The notes under the pieces: generated by a model
The model's database searches: none
What the model was told of the DNA's origin: nothing
What the model saw: only the letters and a program-made list of their open reading frames with translations
Assembly: GCF_030144855.1 (NCBI RefSeq)
Contig: NC_082720.1
Coordinates: 80,724,001 to 80,788,000 of the forward strand
Direction: 5' to 3'
From: Hypanus sabinus
Lineage: Eukaryota
DNA: 64,000 nucleotides
Translations under genes and position numbers: made by a program
Part shown: in pieces, positions 1 to 11,989 of the stretch
How the letters are laid out: each line of letters begins with the position of its first letter
Position numbering within the stretch: position 1 is the stretch's first letter

Positions 1-149
1 GCTAAAAGGATGGCAAGAGGGCATTGCTTTGATTTGAATATTGTGTAGTTTACTTTCAAATCTTTCCCATTTTATTCCCCTCACCCAGCACCCCACCCCT
101 CACCCAACTCCTTGCCACTATTTTAAAAGGATTCTTTAGAATCATATCA

Positions 150-262
150 TTTAGACCACAAGACATAGGAGCAGAATTAGGCCATTCAGCCCATCGACTG
201 TGCACTGCAATTCTACTATGGCTGATTTATTATCCCTCTCAACTTCTTTCTTCTGCCTATGA
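150..262 (-). mobile_element. CR1 3' end
   Basis: agacataggagcagaattaggccattcagccc, recurring at about 31680 and 54280. Confidence 0.7.
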
Positions 263-1705
263 GCCTCCACTTCAAATGCACTCAAGTCTAGGCAGCATTA
301 TATTGGGGAATAACCTTGGTGTGCAAGGCACTAGTTGGAAATCTGACTACACTATTCCACCGTGTCCCCACCCCTCACTAAATCATCTCGTCTTGCTGGT
401 AAATTGTGCACAGATATCAAGTGCAACTTGTGTACTTCTGAATAGGAGATGGAAAATGAAAGGGAGAAGCTTCACAGCCAAAAACACTTTCGAATGCCTC
501 ACCCAGCTTCTTGTATCATTGGAAAGTGCAGAATTAAAACCAATTTGGAGAGACCCCAAAACAAGCCTCGACCTCCCCCACTGACTCAACAGCCTTCCAG
601 CAGTCATGACGCAGCCTCTGTGGGAGCACTAAGGAGAATGTTCATAGTAAACAGTAAATTTTTAAAAACAGAAATTGGAGTAGAGAGAATCCAATTGGAA
701 CTGGTATTATAATCTGTGCAGTCTGCACTATGATGAGGAAATGACCTTGACATCAGGGTAATTCTTCATCATTAACAAATTTAAATGGCACTGTGGTGCA
801 GAAGTTATTCCTGTTACTGTGCAACTCTAGATTTGATTGTTGACTTTGGGTGCTGTTTACAGGGATTATTTATGGCCAAGTGGGCTCTCCCTATATCGCT
901 CAGATTTCCTTCAGTGTCCCAGAAACCTGCTAATGATGTAATTGACCACAGCAAGTTGCTTTTGGTGTCAATAGGTGAAGAACAGTCTGGGAAGTTGATG
1001 GGCATATGGGAGAGAATAATTGCCAGGAGATGAGGAGGAATTGTATTGGTAAAACTGCGAGCCATTGTAGACTAGGTTGGTGAGCAGTCTCCTGTCTCAG
1101 GATGAATGAGAGATCAGTATACACAGCACGTAATTACTGAAGTGCAGAGATGGGATCAGAAAGTTACAATTCACATTCTACTTCATACCATACTGTTCAA
1201 CAAGTATGTAATGCCAAAACTGGATCAAAAGGTCATGATTTACAGCCTACTTAATTAGCATCTACTTTTACAAACTGTTTCATGCTGAAATTCATGAAAC
1301 TTTAAACATTTTGTGCTTTTCCTGGAAAATTGTTTATTAATGTTGAAAATAATTAACTGTAATTATACACAACTTTGGCAGTAGCTCTAAGTACAGATCA
1401 AGGGTTCTGTCAACCTGCTGTCCACTGACTATATGAGACCAGCCTGCTGCCTTTTTTTAAAATAGAAAAAACAACAATTGGCATCCCCTTCATGGCAAGT
1501 TTATGCTATCACAAAAGCAATCTAATGGAACATACAACAATACAGCATTAGACAGGCCATTCAGCCAACAATGTTGTGCCAATCTTGGTGCTAATTTTGA
1601 TTCCAATCAAAATGTCATCCTGCATATCATCCATATCCCTCCATTTCCATCACATTGATGTGTCTGTTTAAAAGGTGCAAACTCCACCAAATAATGCATT
1701 GTATG

Positions 1706-2315
1706 TGTTATGATCAGAGATTAAGGGAGCTAGGGCTTTACTCTCTGGAGAGAAGGAGGATGAGAGGAGACATGATAGAGGTATACAAGTGTGGTAAACG
1801 ATGTATACCTGTCTGGACACGCCCCTCTGCTGACTGCTCCTGTGGCTCCTCTCACAGACCCCTGTATAAAGGTAATTGGAGGCACTGTTCCCCACAGTCT
1901 CTGAGATGCTGTGCTCTATTTTGCTGCTAATAAAAGCCTATCATTCGCCTCCCATCTCCGAGAGTTATTGATGGTGCATCAACAAGATATTAAGAGGAAT
2001 ATTTAGAGTGGACAGCCAGTGCCTCTTCCCCAGGGCACCACTGCTCAATACAAGACATGACTTTAAGGTATAAGGGGTGGAAAGTTCAAGGGGGATATTA
2101 GAGGAAGGTTTTTTACTCAGAGTGGTTAGTGTGTGGAATGCACTGCCTGAGTCAGTGGTGAAGGCAGAAACACTCATGAAATTTAAGAGACTACTAGACA
2201 GGTATGTGGAGGAATTTAAGCTTGGGGGGGGGGGGTTATATAGGCAGCAGAGTTTAAGGGTCAGCAGAACATTGTGGGCTGAAGGGCCTGTACTGTGCTG
2301 TATTGTTCTATGTTC
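1706..2315 (+). mobile_element. CR1 3' fragment
   Basis: RLRELGLYSLERRRMRGDMIEVYK, RVVSVWNALP, CR1 3' UTR. Confidence 0.85.
1790..1981 (+). mobile_element. solo LTR (192 bp) inserted in a CR1
   Basis: TG...CA termini, TATAAA and AATAAA, 5-bp TSD ACAAG at 1785-1789 and 1982-1986. Splits the CR1 peptide EVYK|ILRG. Confidence 0.88.
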
Positions 2316-3289
2316 AAACTGACTGATTCCTCTACTATTCCTGGCACTCATTCCAGACATCTTCCACTCTGTTGTGTTTTAAAAACAAAACTTGCTCCTC
2401 TTGTTGCCTTTAAATACCTCACCAAATTTCCTCACCCTATCTTAAACGTCTGTCCTCTGGTGCTTGACATTTTTAACCTGGCAAAAACATTCCCTATCAA
2501 TTTTAAAAACCTCTAGGACTCCCTGCAATATCTGATGCTCGGAGAAGAATTTGCTAGTTTATCCAACCTTGTAGTTCAGCCATGATGGAATGGCAGAGCA
2601 GACTCGATGGGCTGAATGGCCTAATTCTGCTTCTTATGTCTTATGCCTACTAATGCAGACAGCATCTTGGTAAGCCTTCTGCTCCCTCTCCACATCCTTC
2701 CTATAATAATCCTGAACCGCATCCAATGTGGTCTAACTAAATTTTACACAGCTGCAGCATGACTTACTTAGTCTTGAACTCAACACTTCTGCCAACGAAG
2801 GAAAGGCCAAAAGCCATCCTTACCATATTATCCACTTACATAGTCACTTTCAGTAAACCACGGACCTGGACTCCAAGCTCTCTCCGTACCTCAGTGTTGT
2901 TAAGGGGTCTCATATTTATTCTTTCTGCAAACTTGTTAATCCACGCATCTACATTTTCATCAAAATCATTGATTATATATAACAAACAAGAGGTTCTAGC
3001 ACTGATCCTTCCAGTACACCACGGGTTAGAGCCCTTCAGCTAGAATTCTTACACCCCTACTCTATTTTTTATAGACTCGCTTGCTCTGAATCCAAGCTTG
3101 CAATTCACCTTGGATCCCATAGATAGTAGGCATGGAAATTTACTATTCTGGCTGGAGGTCCATGACCAATTGTGTTCCACAAGGATATGTGCTGGGACCT
3201 CTTGTGTTGCACACGGATGAAAACAGATGGATAGATTACTAAGTTTATGGATTATACTACGACTGGTGGAATTGTGGACAGTTAACAAT

Positions 3290-4055
3290 TAACAAAGAAA
3301 ATGGCAAGATTTAGGTTGGCTATTGACATGAGCAGAGAAGTGGCAGATAGAATTTAATCTGGGCAAATGTGAAGTACTGCTTTTTAGGAGGTCAAATGTG
3401 GGGGGTGGGGGGAGGAAGAGGGCATACAGATAATGGTAGACCCCTAAATAGTATTGTGGTACAGAGGGAACTTGGGATTCAGGTAGATAGTCCACTGAAA
3501 GTGGTGAAGAAGGTGTATGACACAGTGGCCTTCATTGGTAGAGTTGCTGAGAATAAGATTATGGGGTCGTGCTGCCGCTAGATAAGACTTCAGTCATATT
3601 GTAGTATTGGATACTGTTCTGGTGGCACTATTGTAAGAATTTTTTTGAGGAATTCAGAAGAGCTTTATGAATATTCTGCCTAGATCAGAGAATATGGGCT
3701 ATCAGGAAAGCTTGTATAAAATTGAGTTCTCCCTCTTCCTGGGAGGGACCTGATGGTTGTCACACACCTGCCTTTTATCCAGAGTACACATCTCCATACC
3801 AGCATGCTTTAAAGGTTAGAGAGTGAAAGTTTAAGTGTCAAAAGGCAAGTTTTTTTTAAAATGTGGAATGATGGTAACCTGGAATAGATTACCTACCGGG
3901 GTGGTAGTGGAAGCAGGCAGTTTGGTGGGTTTTTAGAGGCTTTTACATAGGAAGGATATGGATGATGATGGATGATACTCTGGAGGACATTTGGTAAAAG
4001 TTTCCATCAACATTAGCACATCATGTCCATTATTGTACGGTTCTGTGTTCTATTA
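3290..4055 (+). mobile_element. old CR1 fragment
   Basis: Decayed W-EKWQIEFN-KCEVL region through the 3' UTR. Confidence 0.65.
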
Positions 4056-4744
4056 AATTCAACAGCAACAAACTTGCAAGTACTTATTGCTCAGTAACAC
4101 TGGTGGGTACACATGCAATTGCACAAGCTTTCATTCCTCAGGCAAAGGAACTACTCTGGGAAAAGATGGAGAAACATCATTCACTGTGTTATGGAGGACT
4201 GTGCAAGTAGCTGTCGCTGCAATAGCATGTACATTGGTGGGGGGGTGGAGTGTACACCAGGACTGACTCCATTGCAGGATGTGCAATGATGTGTATATTA
4301 ACTGCTAAAGGAATTAGTCTGACAACCAGTTGTCTGACTGCTTTCTGAATAACTAGGAAGTCCAGTAATGATTCCAGCCCAGAATGGCCATGGCCAATAG
4401 GATAGATAGATATAGTATTTGATGGTTTCAATGGGCTGAGAAAGGGATGCAGGATGAATTGATAGGAAAAATGAAAGGGAATAACAGAGGAATCTTCTTG
4501 GTCCTGATGGAGTTAGAAGGGAGACCTGGACCTCTTTGGATGAAGAATAATAACTTTCAGCCCAAAATCCTAACCCAATGGCACATGATGTATGCTGTGC
4601 CAGAAACTCAAGTCAAGCTGAACACTGCTAATGGTCAAACCAGGGCACTAATCACCACCAGCCCTTTGCAGGTCTTCTGGATGCAGTGTTAAACAGAAAA
4701 TGCTTTCAAGCCCGATTTCTGCAATAATTAGTTTTTCAAGGAAG

Positions 4745-6050
4745 TTAGACCGTAAGACCTGGGTGAAGAAGTAGCATGTTTGGCCAATCAGGTTTGCTCT
4801 GCCGTTCAATCATGGCAGATTCATTTTTTCCCTTCCTCAGCCCCACACCCTAACCTTCTCCCTATAACCTTTGATGCCATGTCCAATTAAGAAACTATCG
4901 AGCTCTGCCTTAAATACACCCAACAGCCTGGTCTCCACAACCGCCTGTGGTAATAAATTCCACAGATTCATCACCTGGCTGAAGACATTTCTCTGCATTT
5001 CAGTTTTAAATAGACACCCCTCTATCCCGAGGTGGTGCCCTCTTGTGTTGGACTCTTCCACCATGGGAAATATCCTTTCCACATCTACTCTGTCTTGGCC
5101 TTTCAACATTCGAAAAGTTTCAATGAGATTCCCCCCTCATCCTTCTAAACTCCAGTGAGTACAGATCCAAAGCCATCAAACGTCCCTTGTATGATAACCC
5201 TTTCATACCTGGAATCATCCATGTGAACGTCTTCTGGACCCTCTCCAATGCCAGCACTTCTTTTCTTAGATGGGGAGCTCAAAATTATTCACAATACTCA
5301 AGGTGAGGCTTCACCAGTGCCTTTTAAAGCCTCAGCATCACATCCTTGCTGTTGTATTCCAGACCACTTGAAGTGAATGTGAACATTGTATTTGCCTTCC
5401 TCACCACCAGCTCAACCTGCAAGTTAACTTCATGGTGTTCTGCACAAGGATTCCCAAGTCCCTCTGCATCACAGATATTTGGATTTTTCTCCCCATTTAG
5501 AAAATAGTCGACACATTTATTTCTACTTCCAAAGTACATTTTCCAAAATTGTATTTTATTTGCCACTCTCTTGCACATTCTCCTAATCTAAGTCCTACCT
5601 GTTTCCTCAAAACTACCTGCCCCATCACCAATCTTTGTATCATCTGCAAATTTGGCAACCAAAACATCTATTCCTTCATCTAAATCATTGATGTACAACA
5701 TAAAAATAAGCTGTCCCAACATCAATCCCTGTGAAAGACAACTAGTCACTGGCAGCCAACCAGAAAATGATCCTTTTATTCTCATTTGCTGCATCCTACC
5801 AATCAGTCAATGCTCTAATCATGCCAGTAACTTTTCTGTAACACCATGGGCTCTTCAGTTGGTAAGCAGCCTCAACATGAGGTACCTTGTCAAAGGCCTT
5901 TTGAAAGCCCAAGCATACAACACCCTCTGCATCCACTTTATCTATCCTACTTGTAATCTCTTCAAAGAATTCTAACAGGTTTATCAGGCAAGATTTTCCC
6001 TTGAGGAAACCGTGATGACTTTGTCCTTTCATATCCAGTATTACCAAGTA
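4745..6050 (-). mobile_element. CR1 fragment
   Basis: SCLINLLEFFEE, FQKAFDKVPH, AKFADDTK. Confidence 0.88.
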
Positions 6051-6134
6051 CTCCATTCCCCCATCCTTGCACTTGACTCCAACGTTTTCCCATTTGCCTT
6101 GAAGTCCCGTGCTGATGCCGGTACGCCACCAGCC

Positions 6135-6670
6135 ATCCCAATTTGGAGTATTGAGTGCAGTTTTGGTCACCTACCAACAGGAATGATGTCAATAAGATTG
6201 ACAGCGTACAGAGAAAATTTACAAGGATATTACCATGACTGGAGTACCTGAGTTATAAGGAAGTTCTAAAGAGGTTAGGAATTTATTCCTTGGAATCTAG
6301 AAGATTGAGAGGAGATTTACAAAATTGTACAAGATTTTGACAGACTTTTAAGTATATAAAATTTGGGGGCATAGTTAGGGTAAATGCAAGCAGGCTATTT
6401 CAACTGAGGTTGGAATGAACTGCAACTAGACATCATGGGTTAAGGGTAAAAGATGAAAAGTTTTAGGGGAACATCAGAGGAAACTTCATTTAAGAGTTAT
6501 GAGAACTTGAAATGTTCTGCCAGTCCAAGTGATGGATGTGAGCTCAATTTTAAAGTTTGGATAGGTATGGGATGGAGGGCTATAGACTGGGTGCAGGTCG
6601 ATGGGACTAGGTCATTTAAATGATTGGGCATGGACTAGATGGGCTGAAGAGCCTGTACTTTTCTATGACT
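6135..6670 (+). mobile_element. CR1 3' fragment
   Basis: LEY-VQFWSP...RLGIYSLE...3' UTR. Confidence 0.78.
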
Positions 6671-8899
6671 GGAGAATGTTATTATAGAAACACAAGATTT
6701 AAAACTGATACAAAATATATTTCATTTCAATTTATTAAATTAAATTACTGTTAACATTTTAAATTGTTTTATTAATCAAATGTGACTTAAAATCCACTGT
6801 TTGGCATTCATTAATGTATCACTCATGGAAAAAAATGAATGTATTGAATCAATGCCACCCTTTCTTGAAATGGGAGTATTTTTAATGTGATTGAATTGAT
6901 TGATGTTATTAGCTAATTCTGCCAGAAATTATGTAATTTGAAGGAAGGTTTGAACTGTTTCCATAGTTGGCCTCTTTGCAGCTCTGTGCAAAATATATTT
7001 TTATTAACTCTTTAGTTTAGAGTTATGATTGGATTACTTGCAGTCTTTAGTTTGGAAAATGTTACTATAATTAGTTAATGAATTAGAGAAAAAAATCTCA
7101 GTTCTGCCTAGAGTATTTCTGCCATTCACTGAAATTTATTCATTTCAGACTAATGGTTTAAATATATGAATGCCCAGCCACCACAACACTACCAAAGAAA
7201 GAAATTTGAATATTATCAAGGTGTCTTTTCTTTCCCTAATAACTGATAATGAACTCTTTTCGGTAGCAAATTTGTCGCAAAAATCTGTAAAATTACAGTG
7301 TGCTGACTGACTGACCTGATAATTGATATGAATCTACTACAAGATTAAAGTCATGAACCCAAAAGAATTTGGACCACTTTTCATCTCTGTTCTATTTTGC
7401 AAATGCGACTAGCTAATTCAGTAATAAGGATGTCGCAATCTGGAAAAAAATAGTCGTCGTCTTATTGGAGGACAGGAATAAGTGCTGGCAAGCCGCTTCC
7501 CATTTTGAGAATCCAGAATTAAGGACCACTGCCTTAGCGAAAATATTGGCACTTAAAAGGCTAAAATATATTCACTTGGATAGTTGGGAAATCATTGGTA
7601 TGAACAACGTCAAGAAACTTAGAGCAGCATTCAAACTTCAGCTTTGCACTGTCTTTATAATGACAAAACAAACCTGAGCTACAATTCCTATTCATGCCTA
7701 GCTGATAAATGTGTATTGTAGCTGTCACACAACAGGTTGAAGCTCAAAGTACTGTGACATTGACATGTTGTGGGAGCAAAATATGAAAGATGGAATAATG
7801 AGGCAAAGGAGAAACGGGGAAAAATGTGTTTGTGGAAGATACTTGAAGATCATTGCACTGCAGATTTAAAGATTCTAATCTTATAAAGGGGCTATGTAGG
7901 CTGAAAGAATTATTTCTTCAGACTCTTACAAAAGAAGTGGTGAATCCACACTTTTAGCTTGTCAGTAAGCCACGTCCTTTGAATAACTTTGTCTCATGAC
8001 TGTAATAATGCGAGTGTTGGACTTAAAAGTAAGTTTAATCATTTTAGTTTCAAGGGACAAATTTCTAATTCTGTATTACCTTGTACATTAGAAGATTTAA
8101 AAACACCTGTCACTTTCTTAGGATATTTCTTCCCTAATTGTACCCACCTGCATTTTCCTTTTAACTACTAAATTATGTGTACATACAGTACTTCGACACC
8201 CTAGCCATATACATGGGTGAAAGACATTTACACAGTGCTGAATTTGTCTACGTGAAGCAGAACGTGAATTTGGGAGCAAAGGATGTTGAGAAAGGTGAGA
8301 GTGGAGTGCCATGGGAGGGGTGTGGGACAGATGGCAGAGGGACAGAGCCACACACAAATCTGGGATACCAGGCAAGATAATTTGATTCCATGCGATTGAT
8401 TTATTGATCATTATATGTCTCTCTGCTGCTTTCTGCTCCCTCCCCTTTTTCCTAGATTCCCTACACTTTGCATTCTTCCCACTCAGTCCTCAATATATGC
8501 TGTAGCACTAAAGTTCAAAAGAACGGAAAGAAACTAGCTAAATTGGTAGGTATACCCAGGTATACTCTTGACTACATACACATGCCACCTATTACAGAAT
8601 TTCTGACTAAAATAAATGTTTAATGATGATTTCTGAATCTTCCTCACTCTGTCAGACCTCACTGAATTAATGTCACTTATAGACAAAGAGTTGAGCTTCA
8701 TTAAATATGTCTGATTTTTTTTAACTCACCTTTAAGCATGCACTTAGCCTCCATCTACTGGTAACTCTGATAACATGATAAATTATACCAGGGCATTATT
8801 GATATCTTAATACTCCATGGCACCAAGCATTGAAATTGTCACATATTCAACTTCAAGCACTGCTACTGCATCAAACTTGTGCAGTCTTGTTTGTGAATA

Positions 8900-9700
8900 C
8901 AGTCGGCCCTCCTTATCCATGAGGGATTGGTTCCGGGACTCCTCGCGGATACCAAAAAACACAGATGCTCGAGTCCCTTATTTAATATGGCTCAGTGCAG
9001 TGGACTTTAGGACCCAGTGGAACCCCGGACCTTATTTAACCTGTCTCAGTGCGGTGTAACATTAGGATCTGGCAAAGCTCCGAATCTGCAGTGTTTCTGT
9101 TCATGAAAATAATCACAATCACGATTGAAAATAAAGTGGAAGTAATAAAGCGATCGGAAAGAGGTGAAATGCCATAGGTCATGAAAAAGCATTAGGCTAC
9201 AGTCAGTTAACAATCGTAACAATTTTAAAGGATAAAGTGTGAAAGGCCCTGCTCCAATGAAAGCTACAATTATTACTAAGCAGCACAGTGGTTTAATTAT
9301 TGAAATACATACATTTCTTAAGTGTTTTATATGCATAGAAAAGTAAAATAGATACTATATTCTAAAGACAAACGTTTGACTAACTGACGCTAAATAATAT
9401 CGGATGTACCTGTTCCGACATACTTAGTAAGAGAACTTCTGGTTTTTCTTGNNNNNNNNNNNNNNNNNNNNNNNNNNNNNNNNNNNNNNNNNNNNNNNNN
9501 NNNNNNNNNNNNNNNNNNNNNNNNNNNNNNNNNNNNNNNNNNNNNNNNNNNNNNNNNNNNNNNNNNNNNNNNNNNNNNNNNNNNNNNNNNNNNNNNNNNN
9601 NNNNNNNNNNNNNNNTGCTGGAAAAGCATTTCTGGGTTTTCTCGATTCGTGGTTGCTTGAATTTGCGCATGCTGAACTCGCAGATAAGGAGGGCCGACTG
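8900..9700 (+). mobile_element. non-autonomous TcMar-Tigger DNA transposon
   Basis: Perfect 18-bp TIRs CAGTCGGCCCTCCTTATC and TA target duplication. Internal remnant ITIENKVEVIKRSERGE of a CENP-B/psq HTH transposase N-terminus. Confidence 0.9.
9452..9615. other. assembly gap (164 N)
   Basis: Run of N inside the Tigger element. Confidence 1.
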
Positions 9701-10980
9701 TATTAAACATCCTTGGTGAAATAAAACTTGATGTTTTCATATTCATTTATTTACCCAATGATATTTTTGACAAAAATGTCTCTGCATTCTCTCCATTTTT
9801 GTGATTTCCCTGGCATAGCAACAATGGATCTGAGACATCTGTTTTCCTTTTAACGCCAGTTTGCCTCAGTTTCAAGTTGCAAGCTCTCATGTTTATAAAA
9901 AGAAGTTGATTTAAGTTTATTTTGAGTTTTGCAATTTTGTAGTTTAGACTAGCTTTGTATAAATACTGAAAATGAATACAAAACTGAAATAGATGAACTT
10001 AGAAATCTATCACAAGTTGTTGAATGTTGCAATAACACTTCACTTGTTGCAGTAGAATGGGAAGTAGTTTCAATCACCTTGCCAGGTATGGGATAAAACC
10101 TTAGCAAAAGCATGAAATTGGCTGCAAGTACTAACATACCAGAAACTATATTTAAGCAACAGTGTTTTGTTTATAAAACAAAATCAAAACATCTAATTCT
10201 AAGAATTACATTTAAAATGGTGCTGTCAGATGGATTCATTATAAGAGTCATAGGCATAGAATACCACAGCACAACCAGGCCTCTCAGCCCATCTAGTTCA
10301 TGCCAAATCACTAATCTGCCTACTCCCATCAACCTGCACCTGGGCTGCAGCAGCGTCGTACCCCTCCCATCCATGTACTTACCAAACTTCTCTAAAACAT
10401 TGAAATTAACCCTGCATGCACCACTTGTGCTGGCAGCTTGTTCCACACACTTTTCACCCTTAACTCATGACTTCTGTTGTAGTCTCACCCAATCTGAGTA
10501 GAAAAAGTCTACTTGCATTTACCCTAACTATACTCCTCATAATTTTGTATACCTCTATCAAATCTCCCATCAATCCTAGGGAATAAAGTCCTAACCTATT
10601 CAACTGCTCCCAGCTTGGGCTATTCAACTTGGGCTCTGAAGTCCTAGTAACATCCTTGTAAATTTTCTCTGCACTCTTTCAATCTTAATTACATTATTCC
10701 TATAGGTCGGTGAACAAAACTGTGGACAATAGTCCAAATTAAGCCTCATCAACTTATACAATTTCAACATCACATTCCACCTCCTGCACTCAATACTGGA
10801 TTCATGAAGGCCAATGTGTCAAAACCTTACTTTATCTACCACCTTTGACACCACTTTCAAGGAGTTATGGATCTGTATTCTCAGATCCCACTGTCTACTG
10901 CACTTCTCTTTGCCCTACCACTCACTGTGTAACAATTACCCTGGTTGGTCCTCTCAAACTGTCCAATACACACCAATCTT

Positions 10981-11167
10981 ACACAAAATGCTGGAAGAAC
11001 TCAGCAGGCCAGGCAGCATTGATGGAAAAGAGTAGACAGTCGATGTTTCAGGCTGAGACTTTTCATCAGGACTTTTTTCCATAGATGCTGCCTGGCCTGC
11101 TGAGCTCCTCCAGCATTTGTGTATGTTGCTTGGACTTCCAGCATCTGCAGATTTTCTCTTGTTTTTG
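10981..11167. mobile_element. short foldback Penelope-derived element with hammerhead remnant
   Basis: About 49-bp inverted arms (10981-11029 and 11075-11122), hammerhead remnant at 11037-11073 (-), 45-nt tail. TSD acacac(c)caatctt at 10968-10980 and 11168-11181. Confidence 0.82.
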
Positions 11168-11772
11168 ACACACCCAATCTTCCAGAATCAGTTTAACACA
11201 TTATCATGCACATTGTTGATATACATGGGTGACAAGTAACAAAGGACACAACACCGATCCCTGCAGCTTCTTGGGAGCCTTTCTTAAACAACAGAACAAT
11301 GTTAACTGTCCTCCAATCTTCCAGGACCTCACCTGTGGCTAAACATGTTTTAAAATACCCCTGCTCGGGCCCCTGCAATTTCTGCATTAGCCTCCCACAG
11401 GGTCTGAGGGACACCTAGTCAGGCCCTGGGGATGTATCCACCCTGACTTGCCTCGCGATAACAAGTGCCTCATCCTCTGTAATCTGTATATGGTCCATGA
11501 GCTTTCTGTTGCTTTCTCCCACTTCTACAGACTCTGTGTCAGTTTTCTGAGTAAATACAGATGCAAACAATGAATGTAAAAACCTTCTCCATCTCTTTTT
11601 AATCCTCAGAAAGATGACCACTCTGACCTTCCAGGGGACTAATTTTGTCCCTTGGTATCCTTTTGCATCTTTATCCATTAGGATTCTCCTTCACCTTGTC
11701 TGCCAGTGCAACCTCATGCCCTCCTGATTTTCCTTAAGTGTTCTTTTGCATTTCTTGTACTCATATACCATA

Positions 11773-11989
11773 TATGGTGAACTACATATACCTGTCTGGA
11801 CACGCCCCCTGCTGACTGCTCCTGTGGCTCCTCCCACAGACCCAGGTATAAAGGCGATTGAGGCCTGAGCCCGGCCTCTCAGTCTCCAGGATGTAGTATG
11901 GTGGTGACTCACTGCTTGTTCCTTATTCCAGTCAATAAAAGCCAATATCTCGCCTTTACGTCTCAGAGAGAGTTATTGATGGTGCATCA
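11773..11989 (+). mobile_element. solo LTR of the same family, inserted in a CR1
   Basis: Shares tatacctgtctggacacgcccc...ctgtggctcct and gagagttattgatggtgcatca with 1790-1981; has TATAAA and AATAAA. No clear TSD. Confidence 0.82.

Noticed and set aside
276-1124. Cluster of short overlapping ORFs
   Set aside because: No recognisable domain or consistent splice signals; lengths are expected by chance.
4745-6670. Opposed CR1 pieces as one twin-primed inversion
   Set aside because: Both pieces have their own 3' ends from different subfamilies; more likely two independent insertions.
8189-8294. Possible exon (cag|TAC...AAAG|gtgaga), YFDTLAIYMG...
   Set aside because: 106 nt, phase 0 to 1, does not fit the phase-0 acceptor at 15281 and has no recognisable homology.
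9380-9746. ORFs containing runs of X
   Set aside because: Artefacts of the 164-N gap.
10981-11167. Hairpin as a MITE or pre-miRNA gene
   Set aside because: The arms match Penelope 3' ends elsewhere in the window, with an asymmetric tail and a long TSD.
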